Positions 1 through 11,094 of a stretch of DNA of 64,000 nucleotides are shown here, one piece after another. This DNA comes from Sarea resinae (lineage: Eukaryota): NCBI GenBank assembly GCA_026026165.1, contig JAPEUD010000050.1, positions 124,001-188,000 of the forward strand. Direction: 5' to 3'. Numbering within the stretch: position 1 is the stretch's first letter; each line of letters opens with the position of its first letter. Both the position numbers and the translations under genes were made by a program. Under the pieces are notes generated by a model. The model saw only the letters and a list, made by a program, of their open reading frames with translations. It did not search any database and had not been told where the DNA came from.

Positions 1-1327
1 CATGGGGGCCCCTGAAGCGGTCGTGGCAGAAACTGCAGCAGGAGCAGCCGCGGGCGTGGCACCACCACCAATAGACCCCGTGGTACTGTCATTCCTCCCA
101 TGGCCCAGCAATCCGCTGCGCACGCTCACGGCGTCGCCCCCTCCTCCCCCTCCTGTTCCAGTCGCGCCCGCGGCCCCTGCCTTACCGGCGTAATAGCTAT
201 TCCGCTCGGAGCTGAGCGCTGGCGCGGCGACCCCCGGAGACGAATACAAGGAAGCGCGCTCGGCGGAGACGACGCCGGCGACCGAGGGCCGCGGATATGC
301 AGCCACGGCCGAGCTCGAGGTCTGGTCCCCGCCGCCGCTGAGAACGCTTAGAGGGAGACTCTCGCGGGAGCCGCCCCATAGAGAGGACGGCGCCAGGGCA
401 CGCACCGAGGCGTCGGTGTCGAGGGAGTGGCGACGGCGGCGCTTCGACGACGAGGCGAGGGTGAGAATGCTGGCGTTGTCGGTCAGGAGGTTGTTGGCGG
501 TGGCCGTCGTGTATGTCGTTGGCTGGCCTCCGGCGGCTTGTGGAGCAAGGTGGGCTGGAACGGCCGAGGCCGGTGGCGAGGTTGGGAATTGATGAGAAAA
601 GTGCGGCGAGGATGCGCTTTGGGTGCTCTGGGTGTGCGAGTGCCCGCTCGCGTGGGGTTGCGTGGAGCTGGATGTCTGGTTGGTCGTCGTGCCCGGCAGA
701 AGCGCCGAAGGGGCAGTAGATTGGATCGTTGTGAGCGTGGTGGTCAGGGAGCGCACGGATGGTGCGGGCGATGAGAACGTGCTTCCTCCGCCGCCGCCGT
801 TGGAGCTCAGCGCCCCGCCTAGGGTGGCATTGGTGCCTGCTTTGGAGTATGCGGCCTCGGAGTGAACCGTGTCTGGGTTGGTGGAGAGAGTGGGAGCGGC
901 GGATTTGTTGCTTGACTGGCCCATCTCGCCCTCGTTGGACGAGTAGAGGGCAGAGGGTGGGTTATCTCCAAAGGACGAGACGCTGCCTGTTGGTTGCGTG
1001 AGTGGCGTAGAAAAGGAGAGATGTCCGTTTGCGCTTGCGGCATTAGAGCCATTGGGTTGGCCGGACGCTGGGTACGGGTTATTTTTGCTCGAGGATTGTT
1101 TCTTCGATTTGGAGGTGCCATGGCCGTGTCGCTTGGAGGACCCATTGGCGTTGGATTCCGAGGATGAGCTCTTCAGGTTCGCGAGTCGCTTCATCCAAGC
1201 CGCGAATGGACGTTTGCGCGAGTGACGGTCTACCAAGCTAGATGTCAGCCTGATGATCGTAACATCCGATAAAGGGCGAGTTACGGAACATACCCTCAGG
1301 CCGTGAGGCAGTCTCGGCCGTCGCCAT
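1..1327 (-). CDS. Conserved fungal Ser/Thr/Gly-rich low-complexity protein, 3' end beyond the left edge of the window
   Basis: ATG at 1327, exon 1 1294-1327, intron 1230-1293 (GTATGT..CTGAC..TAG), exon 2 open from 1229 to the window edge. Reads MATAETASRPEDRHSRKRPFAAWMKRLANLKSS...STFSSPAPSVRSLTTTLTTIQS...ASILTLASSSKRRRRHSLDTDASVRALAPSSLWGGSRESLPLSVLS, motifs I recognise from a conserved Pezizomycotina protein of unknown function. Absent from the ORF track because there is no stop in the window. Confidence 0.8.
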
Positions 1328-1523
1328 TGCGAACGGATGATCAATGAAGGGCTCACGACGACTCCACAGTCGTTGGACGTCCCCGAGAAATGGCCTCGTA
1401 TGAATGATCCGAGCTGGTGATGTCGAGTACAGTAGACGGAGAGACGGTCAAGAGTTGTTGTCGCGAGGGAAGAGTTGGCGCAGGAGATTGCAGGGCCGCA
1501 ACACGACAACACGACACGTAGGG

Positions 1524-1565
1524 GGTGACGGGTGACGGGTGACGGGTGACGGGCGACGGGTGACG
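1524..1565. repeat. Heptamer tandem repeat (GGTGACG)x6, one copy GGCGACG
   Basis: Read directly; lies in the divergent promoter between gene 1 and MLH3. Confidence 0.9.
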
Positions 1566-2407
1566 GTGGACGGGGTCGTCAGCTATGACATATGTATGCA
1601 GGTAAGGTGGCTCAGGTACTTCGTACCGCGGTGCGCCAGGAAGATGCCGTCGTCAGTCAACAATCCAAGAGATCGAGGTTGTCAATATGGTAGGCATGAA
1701 GGGGAGAACGAGCGAAGGAAGAGGAAGAGGAAGAGGAAAAGGAAGATGGAATTGAGATTGAGATTGATCTTGCAAGAATGAAGCCGAAGAGGGACCAGAG
1801 GTGTCGAGGTCGGTCTGAGGCTGAGCGAGTGAATTGCCGATTGGGCGGACAGACTACGGACAGCCTGATGGTGCTGAGGTGCGTACGAGTACGAGTTACT
1901 GTAGATACCAAGGAGACCGACTGCCGTAGCCAGCCCGAGTGCATCGAGAACCGCGACCGGTGGATTGCTCTCGATCTTATGATGACAGAAGACAATCGGC
2001 ATAGTGGCATTGCGATGGACCGACGTAGTCTAGTGGGAGGGCATCAGTGGCGGCTGATCGATCGCCAGATCTCCGCCGTCGTCTCGGCGTCTACATAGTA
2101 AATCAACGGATTGCATTGGGATTGCAGTCACCCGCCGAGGTATACAGTGCACATCCCACGTTGCTCGCCCTTATCCTCTGCACTCAACCAGCTTGATGCC
2201 GCTGCTCATCGCTCCTTCGAAAGACTAAATGTCTGACGCCCTCAAATGCAGCCACATCGACTGTCAACAGCCTGCGAATCTGGGCAATGGCGTCCGCCTT
2301 GAAGCAAGGAAGAAGCTGTACACGACAGCATCAGCTTGACACATATCCCGTGCGCTCTAGCTAGCAGCTGTCGCTGGCCATTGCTGTCCCCTCTGCTATC
2401 CGTCGCC

Positions 2408-5400
2408 ATGACTGACTCGGTTGCCTCGATCCGACCCTTGCCGCCCGGCGTAGCGGCTCAAATACAATCTTCGACGGCCATCACCTCTTTGACGGGCGTG
2501 GTTCTTGATTTGATGCGGAATGCGCTGGATGGGAATGCGTCGAGGATTGAAATCAATGTCGACTTCCGACGTGGCGGCTGTACAGTCGAGGATGATGGCG
2601 TCGGCATATTGCCAGCAGAGTTCGCCGAAGGAGGCGGCCTAGGCAGATTACATTGTTGGTACTGCTCGCGATCATGAGGGGCCCAGCTAACAATCTCAGA
2701 TACATCAAAGTACGAGAATGCTTCCATGACACATGGCCGCTATGGCATCTTTCTGGCTTCCCTGGCCGCCCTGGCTCTGGTCACGATTACGTCCCACCAT
2801 CGACTTCATCGTTCTCACAACACTCTCACTCTGCATCGAGCCGAGCCAATTATCCGATTAATGCCTGCCCCAGCCCACCAGCATCTGCTATTTCCCGATC
2901 ATGGGACAAGGGTTACTGTGAGAGATCTCTTCGGAAGCATGCCGGTCCGCGTGAAACACCGCGCGGTCACTTTTGACGATCAAGCAGAGATGAATAAGAC
3001 GTGGGAATCCTTGAAGAGGCACATAACAGGTCTTCTTATCGCGTGGGGAAGACCTGTAAACCTCGTCCTGAGAGACGGGGAGAGGAACAAGAAGTTTCCG
3101 GTTCGGGGGTCGAGGATTCGGGAGTCAGCACGCTCGTCGGAAGCTTCTCTCAATGTACGAGAGGACGAGACCCTGAATCGTCCGTTGATTCGCAGCATTC
3201 TCTGTCAAGCTGGTTGTATCACGCCCGATGACTGGGAGTTTTGGATACCGATTTCTGCTTCTGCGTCATCCGTCTCAATCAAAGGTTTGATATCGCTGGA
3301 TCCAGCTCCGACGAAGGCCATACAATTTATATCGCTAGGCTCTCGACCTGTCGATGCTGATCGTGGAAATAACGTATTGTACGATCAAGTCAACCGCCTT
3401 TTTGCGGCATCCAGCTTCGGTTTGGTCGACGACGCTGTAGATATAAACGATTCAGAGCGAGAGCGGAGAAAGACTGACAGACGCTACAAGACCGACGGCC
3501 TAACCGTTCGACAAATGAAGGGGGGTAGAAAGGGGGTCGATAGGTGGCCAATGTTCTACCTTCGCTTGGAGCTTGAAGAGCCAACCAAACATCACCATTT
3601 GAAGACTGATGACAGGTTGATAGAGTCTAAGCTAAAGAATATCACCGAAGTCCTAGACGCGATGATTGTTCAGTTTCTGCGGGCTCACAATCTTCGTCCG
3701 CGAAAAGCCCGGACCAAAGGGGGCACTGTGGAAAATGAAAATCCGTTGCACTTACATTATTCGACTGACACAGAGGTGGGCGTCCTCGAGCGCTCGAATT
3801 GCAGTGTCTCATTTGAAAAACATGGTGCAACACCAAACGAAGACCATCCAGGTACAAAGCGCTCAATGTCATCCGCCCGAGCATCAAAGAGGCTCGATCT
3901 GAAAACGACCCTCTCAGATCTCAGGCCGAACATGGTTGGCAGTAACCTCAAGATTCCTGTACTGAGTCGGAGCAGAAGTGACGTGGGGATGGGCTTCAGG
4001 GAATGGAGCAGAATCAAGAGCGGTAGAGCAGAATTCTACGATGAAGTCTACAAGAACTCGAGCAAGAGGAAAGTCGTCGATACTTCGAGTGCGTCAGAGC
4101 CACAGAAAGAGTCTACGAACGGTTTTCAGAACGAAGATCAAGGTATCTCGGTGAACCTGGATAGTGTAACCCAGTCGGATAGCTCAAACGGCGATGCTTT
4201 TGCTCGGGAATCACGCGTCGGGACTTCCAACCTCCACAGTGCCGAACTCGAAGCTTCGCCCCTGGATGAAGTCGTGACTTGGACGAATCCGGCTTCCAAG
4301 ACTACTTATTTGATTAGCTCGAGAACGGGTTTGGTCATTCCAAAAAGCATAGGCAGACCTAGCTCTGGTCCTACACCATCGCCACGGGACATTTCAAGGA
4401 CGGGGACGCCCCTCAGCAGCCTCAGAAACTCATCGCACCTCGGCAAAGGTGAAGGAGGGCAAACACCTAGCCCCTGGATGAGAGGCCTCCTGCAGAATTG
4501 GCGAAACCCAGTTTTTGACCCAACGGAAAAACCAATCCCACATATTTCTCTAGATAGCCCAAAGGAAGGTACATCGAGCTTATTGCACAGAAAACGTCAT
4601 CACTGTTCCTCGGCAGAGTTTGACCGCGCTTTCATCGAGTCGTCGACCGCCCTTTCCGGAAGATTCAGCAAACAAGGGCTCAAGAACGCCGAGGTCATCA
4701 ATCAAGTCGATCAAAAGTTTGTTCTTGTGAGGATAGAAGCAGCACCGACGTTGGCGGGGAAAGAAGACGGCGAATCAATACGAGACTTGTTAGTGCTTGT
4801 AGACCAACACGCAGCAGACGAGCGATGTCGAATCGAGTCCCAGTTGAAGGAATTATGCTGTTATTCAACCGAATCTCTCCCATATCGGTCCAATCTCGGT
4901 CTTGTGCCTCGAATCGTCTATGCCACTCTTAGCAAATCGATTACCTTCCACGTCTCGGCCGCCGAGAATGACCTCTTTGAAACGTACGCACGAGATTTCG
5001 CCAATTGGGGCATCGTCTACGACCTGCTCGAGCGTCGCGCATCACCCAGTATAAGAAATGCAAAGGATAGAAAGGAGATATGTCAGGTGTCTGTCAGGAC
5101 ACTCCCGGTCGGCATCGCGGCGCGCTGCCAACTCGAGCCTAAACTCCTGATTGATTTACTCCGGGGCGAGGTCTGGAAAAGACACGAGAATAGCGGTGGC
5201 CTTGGCCCTGAGCGGGCCAATGCTTGTACGACCGGAGCAATTAAGCCTACCTCTTCCTCAAACTCGACCACAAATGTATCAGTCCAGCCAGCAGCAGGTG
5301 AAGTCAGTGATTGGGTGAGACGGATTGGCGATTGCCCGCGCGGCATCCTCGATCTGCTAAACTCGAGGGCTTGTAGAAGTAAGTCCTGTTTCTTGTCTTT

Positions 5401-5875
5401 TCCCCGGCCAGCTTTACATCCTTCCCATCTACCTACGTCCTGTTCTTTTCAGCTAACAGCAAACACAGGCGCCATCATGTTCAATGATCCCCTGACCCAT
5501 GCCGAAGCCTCGGCTCTGATCGCCAGGCTTGCGGAGTGTCAATTCCCTTTCGTGTGCGCTCATGGCCGGCCGAGCTTGGTTGCGCTTGTCGGGCTGCCTT
5601 CTCTTCTTACTAGCACTTGTCCGGCTGAGCCTCTCTCTTCCGCGGTTGACGTGGCGGGTGAGCGTGAAGGTCGTGAGAATGGCAATGAAAGTGAGAATAA
5701 AAGCAGCAGTAGCCGACTCAACAGAGACAGCGTCTTGGCCGCCAGGAACGGGCGCATCGCTGCTTCCGGAGAAGGGCGTATGGGAACGGGAATGAGAATG
5801 GGAATGGGAGCGGGAGAAGAAGGCGCGGGCTCGGATTTCGTCACCAAGTATCTCCGCTGGACCAGAGGCATCTGA
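2408..5875 (+). CDS. MLH3: DNA mismatch repair / meiotic crossover MutL-family protein Mlh3
   Basis: N-terminal GHKL fold (IRPLP..NALD..VEDDGVGI..TSK, GTRVTVRDLF) and C-terminal endonuclease motifs DQHAADER, ACR, AIMFND, CAHGRP. Introns 2655-2699 and 5379-5468. Confidence 0.92.
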
Positions 5876-6198
5876 GCATGTATGATAGGCACGTAGTATT
5901 ATATAGCATAATATCCTGTCCTATCCTATCCTGACCTATCAACGTGTCTAGCACACTTTTACTCTTACTCGCTCTCTTGCTCTCTTGCTCTCTTGCTCTC
6001 TTACATTCTTGCTCTATCACCTGCCCTACTATCGCCTGCACTACTATCCTCTCTCTCTCTCTGTCTCTCTCTCTCCCTCCCTCCCTCCCTCCCTCTCTAC
6101 ACTAACACGCGTACTGACCTACTCTAAAGAAAGAAAATAGAATAGAATAGAACAGAACGGTCTATTAAGAGTAGGCACCTAATAAGTCTAGAATCTCT

Positions 6199-6288
6199 CT
6201 CTTCTCTTCTCTTCTCTTCTCTTCTCTTCTCTTCTCTTCTCTTCTCTTCTCTTCTCTTCTCTTCTCTTCTCTTCTCTTCTCTTCTCTT
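6199..6288. repeat. (CTCTT)x18 microsatellite inside a low-complexity island (about 5880-6830) that also has CT, CCCT, AATAG, GTAG, CCAGT and CAA runs
   Basis: Read directly. Confidence 0.95.
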
Positions 6289-7373
6289 CTTCTCTCTACT
6301 TTCTACTCTCTACTACATAAATCAAATTACTAATCTCACTATCACTATCACTTTCACTATCACTAGAAAGGAGGGTAGGTAGGGAGGTAGGTTAAGAAGG
6401 TAGGTAGAGAGGTAGATAGGTGAGGTAGATAGGTTAGGTGCCTAGGTAGGTATAGGGGGATAAGTAGTAGGTTAGGAACAGCAAGGCAGGTAGGCAGGTA
6501 GGCAGGTTAGTCAAGTACACTACGCTACGCCACACAAACGCAAACAAAGATATACCACAGCCGAAACCGCTCTCACCCTTCAGTAGGTAGGTAACCGACG
6601 TGATCTGATTGATGAATTCTCTTCATTCTTCTTCATTCTCCTCTTCCCCCGTCGCACTCTCTGTCGCGGCGAATAAGCTAAGTTTCTACAATACAAGTCC
6701 AGTCCAGTCCAGTCCCGTCCAGTCCAAGGTATATGTAATGGAAAAAGTAAAAAAAAAACGGCGAACGGCGGCAGGGCAGACCCCCGAGTAGAAAACCACA
6801 ACAACAACAACAACAACAACAACAGTAGCGAAACATTTGGTATCGAAAAGGAAGAACAACAGTAATAACAAGCAGGCAAAAGTGAATTCAACATGTCACA
6901 ATCTCAGACATTCTTTTTTCTCGCTCCGGCCTATAGCACACCACGCAAGATACAGCGAATGGATAGACCAGACAAAAAGATACCTATACAGTCTTGACAA
7001 CGAAAAAAGAAAAAAAGAAAAAGAACCACGGACGCAGGCGCTAGGGGTTTTTCTTTTGGGAAAGACTCCGCGAAATTAAAAACAAACAAGACGCCGATGG
7101 GGGGAATCAAAGACAATGGTTACTCCTTCCTCGCTTTTCCCAAAGCGAACCTGAAAGAGAGGCTACAGCTCTCCAAGTCCTGTTTCCTGTAGAAAAACTG
7201 ACGCCAGTGCACCTCGCTAAAGTCGATACAGAAAAGAGAGAAACGGTTGCTTTGACGTTGATGAAGATGATTTGATGTGATGTAGTGTGATGTAGTGGAA
7301 GGAAGGATGCGATGTAGTGTGACAATATCAAAAAAAGGATGCGATGATGTAATGTAATAGATGGGTGTGGGTC

Positions 7374-10300
7374 TCAAGATGATGTTGTAACCGTCTTGTC
7401 CTTTGAATGTGTCCAAGCCAGGAAATCGAATTTCTCTTTCGCACTCCCCGACATCAAATTCGACGTCGGCACCTGTGCCTCGACTGGCGACGGCCTTTGC
7501 TGTGACGCCTGCGGGTCTCGGGGCTCAAGCTTTAGCGACCGTCGATAGTAGCTTTGGACGTTGGCCTCGTCCGACGACTGCATGCGCTGGATCTGAGCCT
7601 CCATCCACTCCTGAAGCTCGGGGACGGCGACCAGGCCGTAAGGGATCTGGAAGCGCTGGAGCTCGCCAATGATCTTGGCAGTCTTCGTGTGCTTGTCGAA
7701 ATTGATTACAGACATACCGGTATCGTTGTCGCCATTTCCGGGCAATTGACGCTTGGTCTGGTTGCCGACGTCGACAAAAGTCAGATCGGTCAGATAGGTG
7801 CCGACGAATGGTAAACATGGGGGGAAATGATTTTGCAGCCTTTGACGGAGCACGGCATAATTCTTTGAACAGTCGACGATCTTCTTCAGATTCTCGAGCG
7901 TCGCTCTCTTTTTTGGTGACACGATCTCCCAGGTTCTTTTAAGACGTAGAATAGTCGACGAGTTCAAGGAGCAAATGATGGCCATCAGAGAATCATAGTT
8001 CTGAAGCTCGAGGCACTTCTGAGCAATCTTGATCCATTGTCTGACGATCAGTGCTCGTTTCTTTGCGTCTTCCAGGTGCAAGATGGTATCCGCCACGAGG
8101 TTCGCCAGATCGGTGGACAACTTAGACATTCCACGAACATTGACTGCAACCGCAGTATTTTTCTTGGTCCATTCGGATGCTAATAGTTCCTCTGGAGAGA
8201 TGGAGCAGAAGATCTTTGATTCCTTGATGGTGAACTGTCTTGCAAGCTCGAGCGGGTCAAAGTCGAGAATCGTAAGAGCGCCCCCGCCAGATTTCCAGCT
8301 CCTCAGAGCTGCAAGTTGACCCCTGGAAATGATCGGGGTGGGCATTTGAGGGTCGGGAGTATACTGAACAACCGAAGCGGTGGTCTTGCCGAAAGACGAG
8401 GCCAGTCTCGGGCACAGGCATTCAACAGCCGAGACCTTCTCGACGAGCTCATTGAGCCTGTTGGCGGCACTTGGAAGAATCGCTCTTAGCTTCAAAGAAG
8501 CGAACTGTTCGATGATCGGAAGTGCGTCCCTGTCACAATCATTTCGCCAATGAGACTCAAGCCATCCCTTCATCACATTATACACTCGAAGACGGACTGG
8601 TCCGGCGATCTGAGGGCTGTCGGCAACATAGTCAAATCGGTCGACAAGAGCCTCGGCAAAGATGACTGGTGTTGTGAAAAGACGGAATGTCAAATAAAAC
8701 GTCGAGACGAACATGGAGTCAGGCGTGGAGTCATGCGTGGTCAGTCGCTCGACAAGTGCAGGCAAAGTACCACCGGCAATCTGGCCGTCCTTGCTGTACA
8801 CTAATTCATGAGCAAATGTCTTTTCCAAGACCTTGGCCTCTGTCTCTTCACAGTCTTCAGCAGATGTTGTCTGGCTGGCTGGAGAAGTTTGTTCGGCACT
8901 CGGTGACGGCGCGAGCAACTGTTGAGATGACATCGGTTCGGGAGTCGTCATGGTCGTCTTATATGAAGATTGAATGCTGCCTTCGAATGATGGCGCGCTG
9001 CTGAGATAAGTCGTCGCAGTGGATGCGCTTCCCTCCATCGAGTTCTCCATGGGGCCACCAAATGGACCGCTGTCGGCAGTATACGAAGATTCAGGTGTGG
9101 GATAGGCATCTTGAGATAGGGAGGCAATCAGATGAGCGTTAGGGAAGAGAGACTTGGTGGACGAACGCTGAGATGCGGCCGTTGGACTCTCCACAATAGT
9201 CCTTGGCGAATTGACAGAGGCTGGTGAGAGCAAAGGAGCTTCTGGAAGAGGTCTATCCTGGAGCAACTCTAGTGGCGGTGGAGGAGGTCGAACAACGGGT
9301 TCCGGGGGAGCAGGTAGGGGCTTTTCAGTGTCTGGCGGGGCATCGTTTGAAGATTGAAAGTGCTCTGCCGACTCTGGCGCATTCTCCAAAATAGTGTCGG
9401 AAATCCCCAAGCCCGCGGTCTCCAGTTCGAAATCTCCAATTCTTTCGATGACGTATCGAGTCTTTGCAACACAGTCACCAGCGGCTCGAACGCAAGTTGT
9501 AGCAGCCGCGACCAATCTCATTCCTTCATCCGGCATCAGAACATCGTCTGTATCTTCGTTGCCGGTCGTAAATACATCTCGTGCAGCTTGGACGAGCTCG
9601 GTGATCTTGCTATACATCACATCTCTGGCTTGCTCGAGGAATGCGGAGCGGTGCAAGTCACGCTTCCAGACCGCTTCGACAACTTCCAGGAGATTGCGAC
9701 ACGAGATGACCGACTGTTGGGTCGTCAATAGTAACTCGGACGATGATCGGGATTGTAGGTGGAGGCCAATGAAAGAGCCTAGGAAACCGAGGAAACAATC
9801 ATGAGCCGAACTGAGACGTTCCGAGGCAAGGTTGGAACGGCGCAGGCCAGGTGTTTGACTGCTATAGGATAAGCGATGAGTGACGGAAGCCTTTTTCGGC
9901 TGAGAAGTTGGCGATCGGACAGGTCGAATCGATTGAGCTGTATCAGGACGCGGCGTCGGGGCGTTACGGGTAGAAGCCCGGCTCTCCATCATTCCTCGAT
10001 CATAGCTGGCTGATGGTTGAGTGTCCGAGACAGCAATTCCAAAGGATGTCTGATCTGCGGGAGGTGTTGGTGGTACATTAAAGCTATCAATCATTGGTGT
10101 TGGCGGGACCTCGAAAGTATCGTTCATTGGTGTTGGCGGTACGCCAAAGACGTCCGCATGTGTGTTGTCAAAAGAGATCTCCTGCTCAGAGACATCGCTG
10201 GAGCCGATATCCCTATTCCATACGTCGAGGAACTTCACCGCACGCGTGACCGTTTTGAAAGCCTTGAGAATAAGTTCATCAAACACAGTCTCGGCGAGTG

Positions 10301-11094
10301 GCACAGTAGATGCACCAGACGCAACTTCTTGGACCCGTTTTGCAACCTTGACTAATGATGAAAGGTCCGATAGGAGTGCTTTGCGGTTACGTCTTAGGCC
10401 GTCATGTCTTTGTATGAGAAAAGACTCGCGATTAAGGCATTGAGATTGCTCCTATAACAGGCTTGTCAGATCAAACTTCTTCGTGAAAATAGCTCCTTTC
10501 GGACAATAAAAACATGCGAGGTCTCCTTACCAGAAGAAAACGAACCCCAGCAATAATGCCCCTCATAAAATCCTGGTTGCCAAACGTTTCCAAGGTAGTA
10601 ATGTTCTCTCCCCGTATGAGATCCCAGAAATTGGTTAAAGCCTTCAGCAGATTTCGAATCGGTTCGTGATCATAGGCCTCGCAATAATTTGTTGGTAGCC
10701 AACCCCGCGACCCTGATATCAATAGCGTACCATCCGCCCACCCATTCGTATGTATAGAATGGACCAAAATCACGTCCCCTTCGTTGAGGGGTAGGGTGAC
10801 TGTCGATGAGTCGGTTGTGAACGTCGGATGGAAAGGATAGAAGGCGCGAAGATAATTGTGAAAGACCGGTTCCGGGACTTCTGACTGGTTCACGATGGCT
10901 TCTTGGGAGGTCTTCGGAGTTAAAGGTGGTGTCATCTCAGCGTGTAATCTGGCCGATCCAGCTCGACGACCCTTCACAGGAGAATTGCTAGTTTGTTGTG
11001 TTCTGCTATTCGTACTCCCACCGCGTGATCTGCTAATCTGAGAAGACGCGACGTAAACATTTGATTGTCCAAAGTCTCTCGAATGCTCGTGCAT
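7374..11094 (-). CDS. Ras-family guanine nucleotide exchange factor (SH3 + RasGEF_N/REM + CDC25 catalytic domain; Cdc25/Bud5-like)
   Basis: Exon 1 11094-10531 carries an SH3 domain (LRAFYPF..LPLNEGDVI..GWADG..RGWLPTNY). Intron 10452-10530 (GTAAGG..TAG). Exon 2 has REM (GGTLPALVERLT..FYLTFRLFTT) and CDC25 domain (FDPLELARQFT..QNYDSLMAII..PCLPFVGTYLTDLTFVDVGN..INFDK). The start codon is less certain than the gene body. Confidence 0.9.
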
